A stretch of 57,433 nucleotides of DNA, the filler included, from Basidiobolus ranarum (lineage: Eukaryota): the NCBI GenBank assembly GCA_040143965.1. It is 6 parts of 6 records of this genome, joined end to end, with 100 filler letters (N's around TTAATTAATTAA, not from the genome) between each part and the next. Parts side by side here need not be neighbours in the genome. Positions count along the whole stretch, not along the records: positions 19,198 to 28,690 come from JASJQH010000819.1; positions 28,791 to 38,279 come from JASJQH010000820.1; 4 more parts are not named here. One strand, written 5' to 3'. Positions 24,870 to 38,379 of the stretch are shown piece by piece. Numbering within the stretch: position 1 is the first letter of the stretch; every line of letters starts with the position of its first letter. The position numbers and the translations under genes were made by a program. The notes below the pieces were generated by a model. The model saw only the letters and a program-made list of their open reading frames with translations, was not told where the DNA came from and ran no database searches.

Positions 24870-27800
24870 TTATCCTTCACATATTTTCGACCACTCAAGT
24901 AATAGGGTTTCTTCTTTTTTGCCACCAATATGATACCAATCGTGTATTCTTCCCTCAATGATATCGAATAGTGAATTCATTTCTCTTTTCCACATATACT
25001 TTCCTCGAGTAATCCTCATGGTTTGCTCTATAGTCTCGGTCATTTCCCGAAATTTCGAGAAATTCACAAGTTCTCCCGAGATATTGGATTTCTTTAAACA
25101 TGATCTCTCGTGAATAAAGGTTGGCAATCCGTTAACTAGGAATGTAACATCCTTCAAAAGCAATGCTGTAGAGTTGAGTTAGACTAGGAATGATACTGAA
25201 CCAAGTACTTGTGAATGCCATTGAAACTTACGCAAAAATGGTGTACCAGGTGATTTAGCTTTCGTAAATGTGGTCCTATAATACTTCATATTTCCAGAAA
25301 CATTGAGTAGTTTTTCTACCGAATCGAAGGCATTACGATCACTATTTGAGAGTAACTGAAGTAAACGGCGTTGAGTATTCCTCTAAGCAAGAGAGTCTTT
25401 CAAACCAAGTTATCTCAGCTTACCTTCCAACTACGTTTTAAAAACTGTACCGGATTTGACAGTAAACCACTAGTTATCATCATTGCTGTATGAAAACTGT
25501 TCATCTCTTTACAAAGCTATAACAAAATGGCCATGAGATATCTTAGCTAATTTGGCTGAGCCTCTCGCATAATACATACCTTAGCGATGTGTATGAATTT
25601 TCGAATCAATAAATGTCTTTCGTTTAAATCCAAAATGGTGCATAGCTCACAGGCGACCCAGCTCCGTATCTAAGAACTATTTAATAAATATGAAAGTTTA
25701 AATGCAATTTTAACATAAAAACTTTACCATGTTGGATCTTTCTACCAAAGTATGTATTTCATTCAACTCTTCATTCTGCTGAGGCTTGGTTTCTTGCTTT
25801 GTTTGGAACAGCAGGAACTGGTAGATGGTCAGTTTTTTGAATAGCTCCAGATCTGCATAGCACAATACTCGTGCTATTGTCAGTTCATCCATGTCAAGTA
25901 AAATTGAATGATATGAAAAAGGGTAGACAGCTGGTGTTTTGGGAGTTCGTTGTAACAAAGATAATGCAAAGGAAGCGATGGTGTATGGTAAATAGTGGAA
26001 ACCCTGTGTTTTAGTTTCATATCTTTCAAGCAAATACTGCCCATTGGTCGAATGTTGGGGAGGTTGCTTGGTGGAGTATCGAATAGACTTAAAGGAATGA
26101 AGAGATGTTAGAAAGTCATATGAAGTGTACATTATTGTTTCCTCTACACTTTACCTTGGACATTTTCTCTGCCCATAACTGCCTGATTGCTACTTGATGC
26201 TCCAGTTGCATCTGATGTAGAAAGTCCGAGAAGAGACTGAACATTTGAGTATCACGATGGAAATCTTGATAGCGAAGGCTGAGCCAGAGTGTAAGCACAT
26301 TAGTTACCCTATGAAGAAAGAGTGTTAGAGGCAGACAGAAAAAAAGGGTGTTGTATCACGCACCTCTCTAAAATGAATTCGGTTTGCTTCTTTCGCTGTT
26401 TTGCCTGGATACATTTTCTCGATTCTGTCAAGTACGTTTGAAGAAAGTTAAAGAAAATAACACTATCATTGGAACCATGTCAGAACATTTTTGGATTTAA
26501 AAATAAGGATATTTTTTGAACAGATAGTTCAAAAGTGATAATGAGCTCATGAAAAGATGATGGCAGTGTAAGAAACACTCGATAAACTCGTTCTCTGTTA
26601 ATCAGTAGTTATGTAAGCCTTATTAGCCAAGATGATCCTCTAAAATTCAGTATCTGAAAGTGATGCTTACCATGTTCGTCGTTGGAGCATAGTTGGTGTA
26701 GTAACCTCTCCACAGTTCCTGCAACAACCCGATATCTTAAAGAATAGAGTTAAGAAGTTGTAGGTAATCCTGTCCATACAAGCACATTCACTTACCTGTT
26801 ACCCTGTAACTGCAGCACTAGTACCGTCTCATGTCGTCTGGTTACATGCTTTACTTCTCCTAAACCACAACACATTTGGTTAGTATTAAAAGCAGAGTTT
26901 ATGCCAAGTGTTACCAACCAAAACATGGAAATGGCTGAAGTGAAGTAAATCTTCAACACATATATCAAGATTCTAAAAAATGAATCCGTACCTGGCGTAA
27001 TAGGTTGAAACTCTAATTGTGATGGGTATAATACCATGTCTTTCAAGTGCTCAATCAAGGCTTTTATCTGTATACCAAATGGTACGTATCTTTCAATGAA
27101 GAGGACTTTATCCATAAACCAAGGCTATATGTAAGTATTTTTAGGAGAGGGCCACTTACTGAATAGTTCTATTTGTATATGTCTTACCAAATTTTCTCGA
27201 CAAGAGAGTTGTAACGTTCCCAATATATGTAGCTTTAGACCCGCTAGTGGATGTCTCAAAGGCTGAATGCTTGAGATCATGAAAGAAAATATGTGGCACG
27301 CCTGTGGTAAGTTGAGGCGGAGTTTGGACTGTAATCGTTCTTGAATTCCATTGTAAGACTGTGTCACTAACGATCCAATGTATTCCATCCAGGGATTTAC
27401 TATTGTCATGACAGGGCCTATGAAAAGATCGCATAGTGCAAGTGGGATCCAGCCGCGCATAAAATTCGAACTATCACTATTACCATTCAAATATCGCTGG
27501 ACCTTTCTCCTCCAATGCATTATAGAATCGATAGCACAGTCTAATCTCCAGATCAATGCTAACGAGACTCGAGATAGCTGCCATATGCGAGACGTTGACT
27601 CTTCCTACATCCATTAATGAAGTTTTAGAAGAATATCTATGATTAAGGAGCAATCTAAAAATTACCTTTTTGTTAAACTCTACTGATAGTTCTTCAAATA
27701 TTGCCTTCACCTTGTGTTCCAGGCTGACATACTCTTTTTGCAGACTGAAGTCTTCTTGTGAAGTCCATGGCGAATCTTCTTGAGAGCAGTTCACATCATC

Positions 27801-27896
27801 CATCTCTTCATCATACTTGCTTTGACGCTCATATTTCGCAGGCGAATGGTGTTCAATTACCTCTCCTTTACTGCGAAACTTTCTCAATTTGGTCAT
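24870..27896 (-). CDS. Ras guanine-nucleotide exchange factor (CDC25-type RasGEF domain, probable REM domain), multi-exon
   Basis: C-terminal LLLKDVTFLVNGLPT...LVNFSKFREM; upstream exons DMDELTIARVLCYADLELFKKL, LVERSNM and LTLWLSLRYQDF; many - strand GT-AG introns. Internal exon boundaries were not all resolved. Confidence 0.85.
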
Positions 27897-28690
27897 GTGT
27901 AAGTTTCCAGTTTAAAGAAAATTGAGGCCAGGGATTCTCAACACTTCGATCCGGATATGCTCTTCACTAGATTTTGGCACAATCCACTCGCTACTAAAGC
28001 TTAAGACTAAGAACTGTAGGTAAAGAAGTGGGACTAATAAGAAGACAGTCGTATCCTATGAACAATTCATGATTTGATTGTGGAAGGCTAAGCTTATATG
28101 CTTATTCAAAACATGAAGGAGTGACCATCACGCTGTGCTCTATCAGGTATGTGCCGACTCGAAGCCGGTTTAAGGGCCATAAAGGTAACGTTTCCTTATT
28201 TACCTCTGATTTTCCTTAAAATGGGAATCAATAAATGCTATTAAGTACATCAATCAATTGTCAGCTAAACAAAGATGTGAATGTTTACAATGTAGAGGTA
28301 CCGCTTAGTGAGATGTTTTGGTTTAGGATTTTTGGCATTAACAATTGATAATTAAATTAGGACTGACCTCCTCGTTTATCCATGCAAGACTGAAGGAAAT
28401 CCCGATTTTATGTTAATTTATGGAAATAAGCATTACACATGCATCATCAAATGGCCAAAGCTCTAATTAGTCCATATACTTTGGCCGACTCTCAGGCTTC
28501 TTCAACAGCCTTGGAAGAGTTCGTTCGGAATATGCTAACGCCGGCTGTTCCATTCTAACACGGCTCTCGAGTTCCATATCCATGTATTTTTCGAGTGTTT
28601 TCGTAGCCAGCTAGACACTCATAAAATGGGATAGTATGCAGGCAGTTTTCTGGCCATTCTAGATCCAGTAGCTATGTGATTTGTTTACAG

Positions 28691-28790
28691 NNNNNNNNNN
28701 NNNNNNNNNNNNNNNNNNNNNNNNNNNNNNNNNNTTAATTAATTAANNNNNNNNNNNNNNNNNNNNNNNNNNNNNNNNNNNNNNNNNNNN
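28691..28790. other. Artificial contig linker
   Basis: N44-TTAATTAATTAA-N44. Confidence 0.98.
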
Positions 28791-29933
28791 ATGTACCATT
28801 GATTCCCCATCTTAAAGTTTTGATGAATTTACCCAAATATAGATCATTGATCCAATATCAAAGTACTCACCCTAAAGCTGATGGTATACCCAATATCCTT
28901 TATGGATATCATGACCAGTATCTGAAAAGTCAAGGTCTCTTTGAGAACATGTATGATCATGCATTTGCATTGACTTGGGATGATTTCACACTAAACAAAT
29001 ATACCATTGGAAAGGCTTGCTGGCCAATAATTTTAATTAACTTAAATATTCCTCCTTCAGAATGGTATAAGAGTCATAATATTTTGATACTATTCATCAT
29101 ATCTTGACCTAAATCACAGGTTTTTACATTGTTTGAGCACAACACCAGCAACAAAACCCAATCCATGGATACTGATTAAGTATCTTCATAATTTAGACTA
29201 ATTTGTTTGTGTGATAATCTGATGGTATATATAGGAATGCTGCAAGTCAGGCTTCTTGGTAAGACAGATCAAAATATGCAGTATTATTGTATTAGCCATG
29301 GTGTAATCTATTCAAGCAATGATACATCTAGTTGTGAAAGGACACATGTTGACTACAAGTTAGGGATATTTTGGCTGAATCCTTTATGGATATTGGACAA
29401 AATCCAAGAGCTTATTCTCATTGTGAATGGTAACATAAGTCAGCTATTTGCCAAGTGTCAGTGATATTCAAAATATCAGATGTTTAGCAAATTTTGCACC
29501 ATTAGTTTGCTGGTAAAGCATGTTAACATTGTTGAGTTATTTCTTATCAGTCAAGTATATTTATATGTAGAGACTAAACTTAACAAGATTCTTGCTTTTT
29601 TTGATTCTCATTATGGCTGGAATACAAAGACTAAAATATCTAAATAAAGGCATGCATGTTAATTCAAATTCCTACAGCAGTAAACCCAATATTTTGCCAA
29701 TCAAAAATTAGGTTCTCACAAAAATTGCCAAAAATTTAATAACACATGCCAAATATGAGGAACAATATTCTAACATGTACAAATATTGTCAAAATACTGT
29801 CAAGAAGCCACCATCTTACCATCCAAATCCCTGGCAGAATGCAAGCCTCCAATGCTATGATGGCTCTCTGATGACATTATAATCAGGAAGGATGGATCTG
29901 ACCTGGATCAAACCAATTTTATTTTAGTTAGGG
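28791..29933 (+). mobile_element. EnSpm/CACTA-like copy: transposase remnant with internal deletion, plus right terminus
   Basis: KACWPIILINLNIPPSEWYKSHNILIL; colinear with 4670-4990, then jumps to the 6057-equivalent position (~1 kb deletion near 29120); ends TTTTAGTTAGGG. Confidence 0.85.
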
Positions 29934-29949
29934 GCTTACCATCTGAAAA

Positions 29950-32555
29950 TATCAATTTCATTCAAAAAGCATTCAAAATCAAAATTGGCTTCCAAGCAAA
30001 AGCTGCCAATGTGAAAGGAAAAAGCCAGCAATAACAAAGGACTTGATTGATGAACAGTGTAGTGATCCACTATTCATCCTGGAATGCATTAACATGTCTT
30101 AAACTAACTAAAGTAATAATGAAGCATTAATCAATTCACCAGAGATGTTCCTTTCCAGTAATAATGCTGTAGTGGGGAAGCATTGCTACCCACCAGTGGG
30201 TTGACTTATTTCCACACCAAGCTCATATCATTACTATTGCACAATTTCTATCTTATTATTCATATTTGATTTACAAATATTTTCTAGCCAATCATGTCAC
30301 AACATTGGTATTTTCCCCTATGCTTTGAGATATATCATCATTAATGTGCATTAGCCAAATTCTTTTCTGGAAATTTCTACAATCTTCTGGAACTTTTGAC
30401 AAGATTCTTGGAATATCTGATGATTGATTGAATTTTGATCAATCAAAACTTGATTTTGCCAGAATATTCCATGACTTTCTGGATTATTCTACAATCTTCC
30501 CAAACATTCCATGGATTACTAATCTTATGATTTATGATGATATCATAACCCCATATCCCCACCAATGGAATTCTCTGGAACTTTCTGGAAATTCTCTTTA
30601 GTACTCATTTGTATCTTCAGAAAAGTATCAATAGGAACCATATCTTTTCAAATATAAATCATCCTGGTTTTCAACTGACATTTAATACTTGTGAACACCC
30701 TGTGTTTTCATCACCACTTGCAAGACCTTTAAAGAGGAAGCTGAAGAGAGATTACTAGAGACAGTCACAGGCTACTGTGTGACCAGAAAGGACTTTACCA
30801 GTGCACAGGAAGTACTGACTGATAGGTATTTTATTTATGATACTTTATATTTTTTTCCCTAGCTTTGTCTGCATAGGCAAGGAAGTTTCCATATCCTTGG
30901 AAATATCACTACTAGTGCATACTCATTCAAGACCCTGCTGGCTGAGTTTACAGTTGTTTTTGATCAGATATACCCTTTATATCTCTTTATTTCAAAAGGA
31001 CATTGAAGCCAGTATATTCTTTCTTCAGGTGCCAGCATATCATTCAACAGAAAGCTGGATATTGCATTGTGGTCTATCACTCCCTAGAAATTTCTAGAGG
31101 CTTGATTCCCTTTCACAAAGACCCAAGAGGCAAGAGACAGACCCATATTACAGTACATCCCAGGGTTTTTCAACCATTGTTATTGCACCCTTAGGACACT
31201 TCACAAAACCCTTAAGATATGGCAGTTATAGTTGCTGCTTACACCTTGAAACAACAACAATGCAAGCAAAGAGATTGTAATCCCCCAATTATTTAGTAAA
31301 TCAATAGTTGGACAGGGTTCAACAGAAACACCTTCAGGACCATAAATTTCAAAAATAGCTAATTTGCCAACTATTGAACACCCCTTGGTAAAAATTTAGA
31401 TAGAATTATTACAACATGGGAATCTCAGGCAGAACACCATAATGAAGTGTATGTGATCATTGGTGAAAACTACAAAGCTGCTATACAGGCCATGAAAAGC
31501 AATAATGCTGCAATAATGCAATTAATACAGTGCTTTGAATCAACTAACATACAGTTTGTGTGTCACTCCATAGTGATACAAGACCTTCAGATTGCTGTAC
31601 TTGAGCTAAAACAACATGCTGCTCCCCCATCCATTCTCATATGGAATTTCAATCAAACCTACAACACACAGGAATCTCACAATGACAATCTAGCAGATAA
31701 AAATATGTATCAGAACAATTAACCCACACAATGTCCCAAAATTGCCTGGGCATATAAAAGTAGAAATCTCATAGGAAAACCAGCAAAGTACAAAGCTCTG
31801 AATATCAGAGCTGCTGTCACTTGCTCTGACAATATGTGTTTTAACACTGTGGAAACTGTGTAGAATCTTGCCAAAATTCACCTTTATTTGAGCTAATAGT
31901 GGAAAACCAGAATTTAGGTGGTGCTCTGAAGAAACTTGACTTATTTCATGTGGCTTATCCAGAGTTTTTGCAAGCAAATGGCAATTGGGCTCATATAGGC
32001 CCATTCAAGAAATGTCTCAAAAATGTATGCATTATTGACTTAGATTGGTAAGAAATGCAGTTAAAAAAGTACTCAAGGAGCAGGAAGTTAGTGGACCCAA
32101 GGGAAAAGCAAAGGAGCCAGTAAGTTAAGACTCTACTATCTCACTTATCAAATTCTTCTCACTATTACTAAGATCTGAAAATCTGGAGTCAGATATACTT
32201 GCAAAAAGGCTTAATTTTACCATGGAACCAGGTACACCAGCTGGAAGAGTGCTAAATTTGAAGCTTATCCAACACCTGGCACCTCTCAACAAGCCAAAAC
32301 ACCCGCTAATAGAACACATGGCTCTCCACCCTCTACTGATACTTTTCAAAGTATTGACACTTAGCCCCAAACTTAAAGGAAAGCAAAAAGCCACACAAAC
32401 ACTTTAAAGTGCCCTTATTGGTGTAATGCTAGAGGGATGTATAGAAGTGTAAAATTTTTACTTTTCTTGCATATGTGAAGTTCCATAGTTATCTGTGATT
32501 GTAGCCAATCATGTGCAACTATTTTTCATGATCTTGGAATTTGACTTTAGGAATT
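29950..32555 (+). mobile_element. Opposite-orientation piece of the same EnSpm-like family (ORF2 remnant and part of the left subterminal region), interrupted by a solo LTR
   Basis: Reverse-complement similar to 2270-3680; 32448-32553 matches 95-205. Confidence 0.7.
30168..31259. mobile_element. Solo LTR (1092 bp) with 4-bp TSD ATGC
   Basis: Starts TGTAG and ends CAACA; ATGC on both sides (30164-30167 and 31260-31263); the flanks rejoin into sequence that is continuous in the homolog near 3460-3500. Confidence 0.75.
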
Positions 32556-32559
32556 ATTA

Positions 32560-33050
32560 GCCATTGTGTTTACCCTAAAGAAATCTCACCTTTATCTCTG
32601 GGGATATCATTTCACTCTTTACAAAGATCCCCAAGTACTTGTCCACATGTAAACTCAGAAAATGCTAGCACCAATGCAGACCAACTGGCTGGATATGCCA
32701 CTGGATTATGATTACACTACAATTCACCACACTGGAATTCTCATGTTCTACCCAATAATCTTTTGAGACTTTTTCCAACTTCTGCCTGACAGAGACATGT
32801 GATTACTGCTGTAATCAGCAAACCCACTGCTACTAGGACTCAATCCTTCAGCAAGACCCATATTCCCAAACTTGCCCATCTCAAAATGATAGGCCTAATC
32901 TCCTTCAACAATTCTACCAACTAGGCCACTTTGGTGCTGATTTGCATATGAAGAAGTTGCACTCCAATGAATTCAACTGGCCCAGCATCAACTCTGACTG
33001 CCTTGTTTATGTAGAGTCCAACAGAGAATGTCAACTTCACAATGATATAC
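32560..33050 (+). mobile_element. Ty3/Gypsy pol fragment (RNase H end and integrase H2C2 finger)
   Basis: LDYDYTTIHHTGIL followed by LGHFGADLHMKKLHSNEFNWPSINSDCLVYVESNRECQ. Confidence 0.7.
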
Positions 33051-33054
33051 ACTG

Positions 33055-35100
33055 TGGAGAAGTTTTGCAAAACCTGTGAAAATTGGTAAAAGTAACCCAA
33101 CTGATATTTCTATCAATTAGAGCAATAAAACTTATGGTGAAATTGCAAAATTGAGTGCAAAATAATCAGAATATGAATAAACCAACTACCAAATTATGAG
33201 CTGATGTTAACCTACTTTCAACATTCCCACTCAACTGATTATTTTATATCTCTCTTAAACACAACTTATTCTTAATCTTTCAAATGGTGCTTTAGCTCAA
33301 GGTTTGGTTTATATGCTAGCAATCTTTTCTTCAGTAGGGCTGTTGACAAGATCATCTATATCATTCTCTGTTGCTTGTCTAACAAAATGATGTGTAATAT
33401 CTATTTGTCTAGTTCCATTCTGAAACATAGGGTTTTTTGCTAATGAACTACAGCTTTGATTTTCTTTAAACACAGTAATAGCAGTTTTGCACGTATTCCA
33501 AGTCTATATATGACTTCCTTAACCACATAGATTCTTGTGTAATAGAGTGAGCAGCCATATACTCTGCTTTTGTGGTGAAAAGTATGATGGTTGGTGGCTT
33601 ATTACTTTTCCAAGTTATGGCTCCAATACTATAGAGAAAAGTGTTTAAGCTATTGATCTCTTATGTTTAGGGTTTTTTCTCCAATCTGTATTGCTATAGC
33701 CTTCAAAATTTTGTTCTTCAGGAGTGCCAGAGTATTTCCAAACTATAACAACAGTCTCTCTCAAATACCTGAATATATGTTTTACTGCAGTTTCTGCTTA
33801 AATTCTTGATTTTTGTAATATTGGCTGATGGTTCTCACCACCACCGCAATGACTGGATGTGTTCCAACCATTGTACACCTTAAATTATCCAACATGGAGT
33901 ATTTAGGGAGCTCCCGGCTTTGATTTGAGTCATTTTGGGCCAAATGAGATTACGTTTTGCTTAATTTCACATTGGGATCTGTTGGTGTTGATACTGGATT
34001 ACTCTTCTCCATGTTGAAGTGTTTTAGGATGTCTACGATGAGTCAAGACTGATTCAGCATGATTTTCTGATTGGGTTTAAAAAAGCTGATTAGAATTCTA
34101 AGGAAATAACTTGATTCACCCTTATCAGTCATGTGATATTGGCTTGATAAGCTGCTTTTCATCTAATTTAGTACTTCTACATTATTTATGGCTATGACCA
34201 AGTCATCCACATAAAGTGCAACAAGAAGGATCCTATTGCCAGTTGATCTAATGTAAATATTGTGAACTGCTTTTCATTTTTGAAATACTGGTGATTCCTG
34301 ATGGATATCTATCTTGTTGCCACATTCTCTGGATGCCTGCTTGGAATCATATGGCAATTTGTGCAGTAAACTGACCATATCAGGGTGTTTTGAGTCAACA
34401 AATCCCTCAGTTTGCTTCATATAGTAGTCTTTCACTAGATTACCATTCAGAAAAGTCATTTTTGCATTCAATTGATGCAAATCAAGGTTATGGATGGCTG
34501 TGAGTGCCAGGGTTGCCCTAATTGCATTAAACTCAGCTACTGGAGCAAGAGATTCATTAAATCAACTCCTGGAGTCTGGGAATAGCCTTTTAAAATTAAT
34601 CTTGCTTTTACATATCTACAGCTTCATTAGCTTGGTTTTGACTTCATTGACCCATTTGCAATGTATGAGCTTTCTTCCTGATAGCTAAGGACACAAGCCC
34701 ATGTTTTATTGTCCCAAAGTGAAGAACCTCATCAGACATTGCTTTTTCCCATGATTATGAATCTGGACCCTCCAGATCTTGATCTAGAAATTGTGGCTTA
34801 TCACCAAATGCAGCATTGGCTTAGACATTATCATTAGAAGTGTTCCTCCTTTTTATTTGAGAAAGAATACCCAAGTAAATATTAGCTTGTGATCAATAAA
34901 GGTCATAGACTAAGTCTAGCAACCTATTGAGATGCTCTTCAAGGGGCCATATGTAATGAAATGAATCAGGGTAAAACTGTGAGTGTATTTGATCACTCCA
35001 GAGCTTGAAAATGGAACCAGCTGTCTGTGATGTTTTTCATATATGTAATCTTCACTCAGATCCAAATTGGTGATATTTTTGATTTTAAGCCTGAAGATAT
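33055..35100 (-). mobile_element. Decayed Ty1/Copia RT-RNase H with polypurine tract and start of the 3' LTR
   Basis: LHQLNAKMTFLNGNL...YMKQTEGFVD, ILLVALYVDDL, IDITHHFVRQ; - strand GAGTGGGAA|TGTTG at ~33223. Confidence 0.85.
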
Positions 35101-35429
35101 TGCAATTAGAAAATTAGCTAATCATTAATTAGTCCTGTTCTGATTGTTTGCCACTCTACTCTGCCATTTGAAAACAAGTGTTGAATGCTCTACTTAAAAA
35201 ATATTAATTAGATCACTTTTGTCATTTTTCACTTTTTTCTCAAAACTTTTCTGAATCACCTCAAGTTTTGTCCCATGCTTTACAGGCATGCATGTTACAA
35301 TCCAAGCAAATCCAATAGTCTTATTTAATAGTATAATTTCAATTGGATGTATTCAATTCAATAAAACTTTAGTGTCTAATTCACAAATGCAAATCTTGTC
35401 CAAAACATATTCAATTCCCCTTAACACTT

Positions 35430-38279
35430 CTATCAGATTTTGAGCCTAAAGCTAGCTGATAAAGGAATGTCTACCAGTACTATTACCAATATCTTTGTAT
35501 CCACAGAGAAGTTTGATGGTGAAGGCTCTCACCTTTAGAAGTTCAAGATGCAGTAGGTGCTTGAAGACAAGGACCTTTGGACTTGTTACAGAAGAAGAAG
35601 TAGAGCCAAAGGGGCCACCAAAAGCTATCCTTGCCTTTTGCAAGCAGCTGAAGAAAGCACTCTCTACACTTTGGCTACATCTCATAGAAGCTTAAATGAG
35701 GCATAGACATAGGGCCAAAATGTCCAAACTGCTTGAAAAACAATTGATCAACTAAATGAGGCTGAAAGTCTGGCTTATAGGTTATACCTTGGACCACAAC
35801 AATTCTCAATTCAAATGAAATCTGATGATTCTAAGGCTATTCAAATAAATTGGATAAAAGATATAGCATATCAGTTTTCATCCTCTTGAGCACCTCTAAA
35901 TGCAGATGACTCAGTCATAAATTTACTTGGGTGACTACCAGAGGAGTTTGGAAACCTCATGATTGCCCAAGAAGCAATATTGGAGCCATTGTCAATGGAT
36001 TATGTTGGTGCTAGTCTTTTGAATGAGGAATTAGACATCTGATTCTCAGCAAAAAAATGCAATGCAGGCTTTTTTTGGAGCTGTCAAACATTTAACTGGC
36101 TTCAATAATGGTGCCTCAAGTAGAAAATCAATCATTTGCAAGTAGTGCAAGAAACCAGGCCATTTAATCAGGGTATGCAGCAAAAGGATTTTTGCCAAAA
36201 CATTAAATTTTAACAAGCAAGTTAAGAAAGCACCAATAGGGACAGCAATTTGTTTCAGACCTGTCAGTAACCATGAAGGAAAGCTCAGAATTGTTTGACT
36301 TTAATTCTGGAGCTTCCCAGCTCAAGTCAAACAAGAAAGATTGTTTTTCCAGCTTAAAACTAATCCAAATAAGAAACATCTACTCAGGTGATATTTATAC
36401 AATTGATGTAGATTGCAGGGCACAGTTATGCTCAATTTACATCAAAATTCATCTACTCCATCTGCAAAATTGGATGATATACTCTATGTACAAAGTGTAG
36501 CCAAGAATCTACTCATAGTTACTCAAGCAACCCCTCAAAAACTAAATTTTGTGCTCATCAAGGCTGGATGCACTATTACATATCTAGGTAATTGCAAATA
36601 AGCTACTGGGATCAAGACCCAAATCTTACACAAGCTAGAAATCAATAAATTTAATTTTGCTCATGCAAGCTTGGCCAAAACCTGTGAAGTAAGATATTAA
36701 ATGTCACATAGAGAGTTAGGGCTATTCGGGAACAAGAACTGACCAAAATGATCCAAAATCAGCTTTTTTTGGGTTAGAAATTGATAACATCACCAATTGA
36801 ATCTGTGTGAATGTTGTATTAATGGAAAACATCACAGACAGCCAGTTTCCAGCACAGGAAATATCAAACCCACTCAAATTGATTCTGACCTATGTGGGCC
36901 CATGAAAATGACTCACCAGGCAGCCAGAGTTACCTTATTAACCTTATTAATGACAAAGGAAGTTTTACTTTGGTATTCTTTCTTGAATCAAAATCTGACG
37001 GCTTAAATGCAATCAAGCACTCGAAAGCTATGGTAAAGAAAGAATCAGTACAAAAGATAAGGGTACTAAGGAGTCATAAAGTGGGGAAATACTACCCTAA
37101 AGACTGTGCTAGAATTGCTATAAACATGGAATTAAGCAACAAATTACTGTACCTAGTGCTTCACAGTAGAGTGGAGATGCAGAACACGCTAATAGGACCA
37201 TAGTTTGCATGGCCAGATCGGTGTTATATGAGCAAAAGTTAGATTACCAATACTTTGCTGAATTGTTCTTCACTGCAGTCAATATATAACCAGATGCCCA
37301 GTAATATTGCTACAAAATTCTACTCCATTTCAAGCCCTATACAGTTCAAAGCCACTAGTGGATCATTTCAGGATCTTTGGTTGCACAGCATAGGGCCTAA
37401 TCCAGCTCAAAATGCTCTATATTGGAACACAAAAGCAGAAAATGCATATAACTTTGTTACTCTCATTGATCTAAGGCCCACAGACTGTTTGATCAAAAAA
37501 CTCAGAAGTTAATCAGGTGCAGAGATATGATTTTTGATGAAAAAGCAATTTTTTGGCTCCAATCAGAGTTCTTGATCCAAAACACACAATCAGCACCGTT
37601 TAGGAAGTGTCAGGCAAGATTCCATTGGTTTCTCAGCCTAATTGCACAAATACTTCAGTCCCAATTATAATGGAGGATGATTCAGGATGTTGAAGATCAT
37701 CCAGAAGGAGGAAAAAGCCAGGTAGCTGGTGGAACACTTCCAATGATAATGTCTATTCTTATGCAGCTTTCTGTGACAAGCCACAGACTCTAGATCAAGC
37801 TCTGGAGTGTCCAGAATCAGTATTATAGGAAAAAGCAATGTCTGATGAGGTTTCTTCACTTCAGGACAATAGAACATGGTTCTCAAGTCCTCCACCTTCA
37901 GTAAGACAGCCAATAGGTTTGAAATGTGTCTACAAAGTCAAAAACCAAGTGGTTTGAACCACATAAAGTTACACAGCACAATTAGTTGCAAAAGATATCA
38001 CCTTGACTGGAGGAGTTGATTTTAATGAAACATTTGTTTTAGCTGCTAAGTTCACCCTCATCAAATCAATCCTGCCACTCCCAGCCATCAAGACTGTTAC
38101 TGTACAATAAATGGAAGTACCAACAGCCTTTCTGATTGGACATTTACAAGAAGAGATCTGTATGAAGCAACCAGAAGGATTTGTTGACCCAAAACAGACC
38201 AATAAAGTCTGTAAGCTTCAGGAGGTGCTTTATGGACTCATGGTAGCAACCTTGGTATGGTGCAATAAGATAGAAAACT
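35430..38279 (+). mobile_element. Decayed Ty1/Copia gag-PR-INT-RT, truncated by the contig end
   Basis: EKFDGE..KFKM..LEDKDLW (gag), CKxCKKPGH (zinc knuckle), FNSGAS (protease), CECCINGKHHRQP and DSDLCGPMK (integrase), AFLIGHLQEEICMKQPEGFVD (RT). Confidence 0.9.
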
Positions 38280-38379
38280 NNNNNNNNNNNNNNNNNNNNN
38301 NNNNNNNNNNNNNNNNNNNNNNNTTAATTAATTAANNNNNNNNNNNNNNNNNNNNNNNNNNNNNNNNNNNNNNNNNNNN
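38280..38379. other. Artificial contig linker
   Basis: N44-TTAATTAATTAA-N44. Confidence 0.98.
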
